Below, one piece after another: positions 62,956-64,000 of a stretch of DNA of 64,000 bases. The notes under the pieces are model-generated. The model had not been told where the DNA came from and searched no databases. It was given only the letters and a program-made list of their open reading frames with translations. Origin of the DNA: Candidatus Bathyarchaeota archaeon (GTDB lineage Archaea > Thermoproteota > Bathyarchaeia > Bathyarchaeales > Bathycorpusculaceae); contig CAVYXJ010000012.1 of NCBI GenBank assembly GCA_963772455.1, forward strand, positions 176,652-240,651, in the 5' to 3' direction. Numbering within the stretch: position 1 is the stretch's first letter; every line of letters starts with the position of its first letter. A program made the translations under genes and the position numbers.

Positions 62956-63490
62956 TTAGGTAAGGGTGAAGGTTCTGAGGCATTGCATTGGATTCTCAAT
63001 ATCAAGCATTATATTTGCAGAGTTCAACTTAAACCGTTCAAATGCATCTATCAATTTTTTCAAGTAATCCATATCTTTTGATATTATGCAGCTATCCCCA
63101 GCGTGAACCAAACAACATTGATTCTGGACAGACTGTTGAGCCATTAATACAGCATTTCTTAACCCTTCTGGTTCAGGTTGATTAACCCACATAGTTGTTG
63201 ACGTCTCAAGTTTCTTATAGAAAATCTACTAGGTCTGAAGCATGTCCATTTTTTACCCATAACTTCAAGCGAACTTATATAATTCAAATCAGGCGTAAAA
63301 TAATCCAATATCCCGCGTTTCCTCCTACCCACAACATAATAAAATTCACGAAGACCCGCATCATATAATTGTTCAAAAACAACCTGAACCATAGGTTTTA
63401 CCATAAGGCTCCTATTGGAGATTTTGGAAAATATGGGAAGCATTTCTTTTGGCTGTTCTTTAGTTGCTGGAAACAGACGTGTTCCTTGGG
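62956..63490 (-). pseudogene. sugar-phosphate nucleotidyltransferase (GalU-like) fragment
   Basis: GTRLFPATKEQPKEMLP, Q.EP.GL..AV, HAGD; truncated at both ends. Confidence 0.75.
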
Positions 63491-63732
63491 AACAGGAACA
63501 ATAAGTAGAAACAATTTAGACTTAAACTGAGAAAAACCCGCTTAATTATTGAAATTCTATACGAATAAAGACTAGTGCTTTACCTTTCCAAGATAGTCAT
63601 TTAAGAAAAACAATGCTGTTTTTAATAGAACCCGCCTCTGTCCCTTAATATTTATTAGAAACTCAAAACTTAATTATTAATAAATTCACAGTTAATCGCT
63701 TCTGGGAAATTGTGGTGATTTATCGCTCAAGA

Positions 63733-64000
63733 ATGGCGTATGGTATATTCGCATACAAGAATCCTGAAATGGTTGCCAGGATAGTTAACAGACTTCAAAC
63801 GGACTCAGATTTTACATATATTCATTTTGATACTGTAATAGGCGAACAAAAATTTCGCGATTGGAAGAGACTAATAGAGGAGAAATGCCCGAATAAGAAT
63901 ATGGAGATTGTATCTGTTTTTCGGTGCAAGTATCTGTCCTTCGGGATAGTTGATTCAATCTTAAGTTCAATGAAGTTTTTTGAAAACTTCAACTACGATT
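63733..64000 (+). CDS. GT14/core-2-I-branching-like glycosyltransferase (runs off the window)
   Basis: MAYGIFAYKNPEMVARIVNRL…FTYIHFD resembles the family's AY.I.AH…L…YIHVD N-terminus. Confidence 0.6.
   Translation, partial: MAYGIFAYKNPEMVARIVNRLQTDSDFTYIHFDTVIGEQKFRDWKRLIEEKCPNKNMEIVSVFRCKYLSFGIVDSILSSMKFFENFNYD

Noticed and set aside
570-63490. Widespread frameshifts as programmed frameshifting or mass pseudogenisation
   Set aside because: Most are single-base indels, often in homopolymers, in unrelated and otherwise intact genes. Long-read error is the simpler explanation.

Overview
AT-rich archaeal DNA, most consistent with Bathyarchaeia (inference from four large secreted PQQ-like beta-propeller paralogues with RKRP/RKKP-type membrane tails, a TrmB regulator and archaeal PIN/AbrB modules). 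Many genes carry single-base frameshifts, often at homopolymers, which suggests an unpolished long-read assembly. The first 37 kb is chromosomal accessory content: beta-propeller surface proteins, a multi-PAS histidine kinase, a flippase-like protein with an 11-mer repeat tail, a GT4/hydrolase/CBS/GH130 operon and a broken CopB-type ATPase. The region 37-59 kb is a dense island of about 11 type II toxin-antitoxin pairs plus several remnants. It is punctuated by eight co-oriented copies of an unexplained ~45-bp imperfect hairpin with an invariant TTTAGGTGCTCGC 13-mer. Five of these copies are preceded by a ~150-190-bp repeat that also lies in front of a double-AbrB gene next to a PrimPol/PriL-like/SF3-helicase replicase. 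The replicase contains origin-like inverted 9-bp-period iterons, and two further replicase 3' remnants are present, one with a different iteron sequence. Four inter-hairpin intervals each contain exactly one TA pair, which resembles a cassette array, but no integrase or transposase is visible in the window. The last 4 kb is a sugar-nucleotide/glycosylation locus (CapF-like, CapG/WecB-like, cupin, GT14-like).
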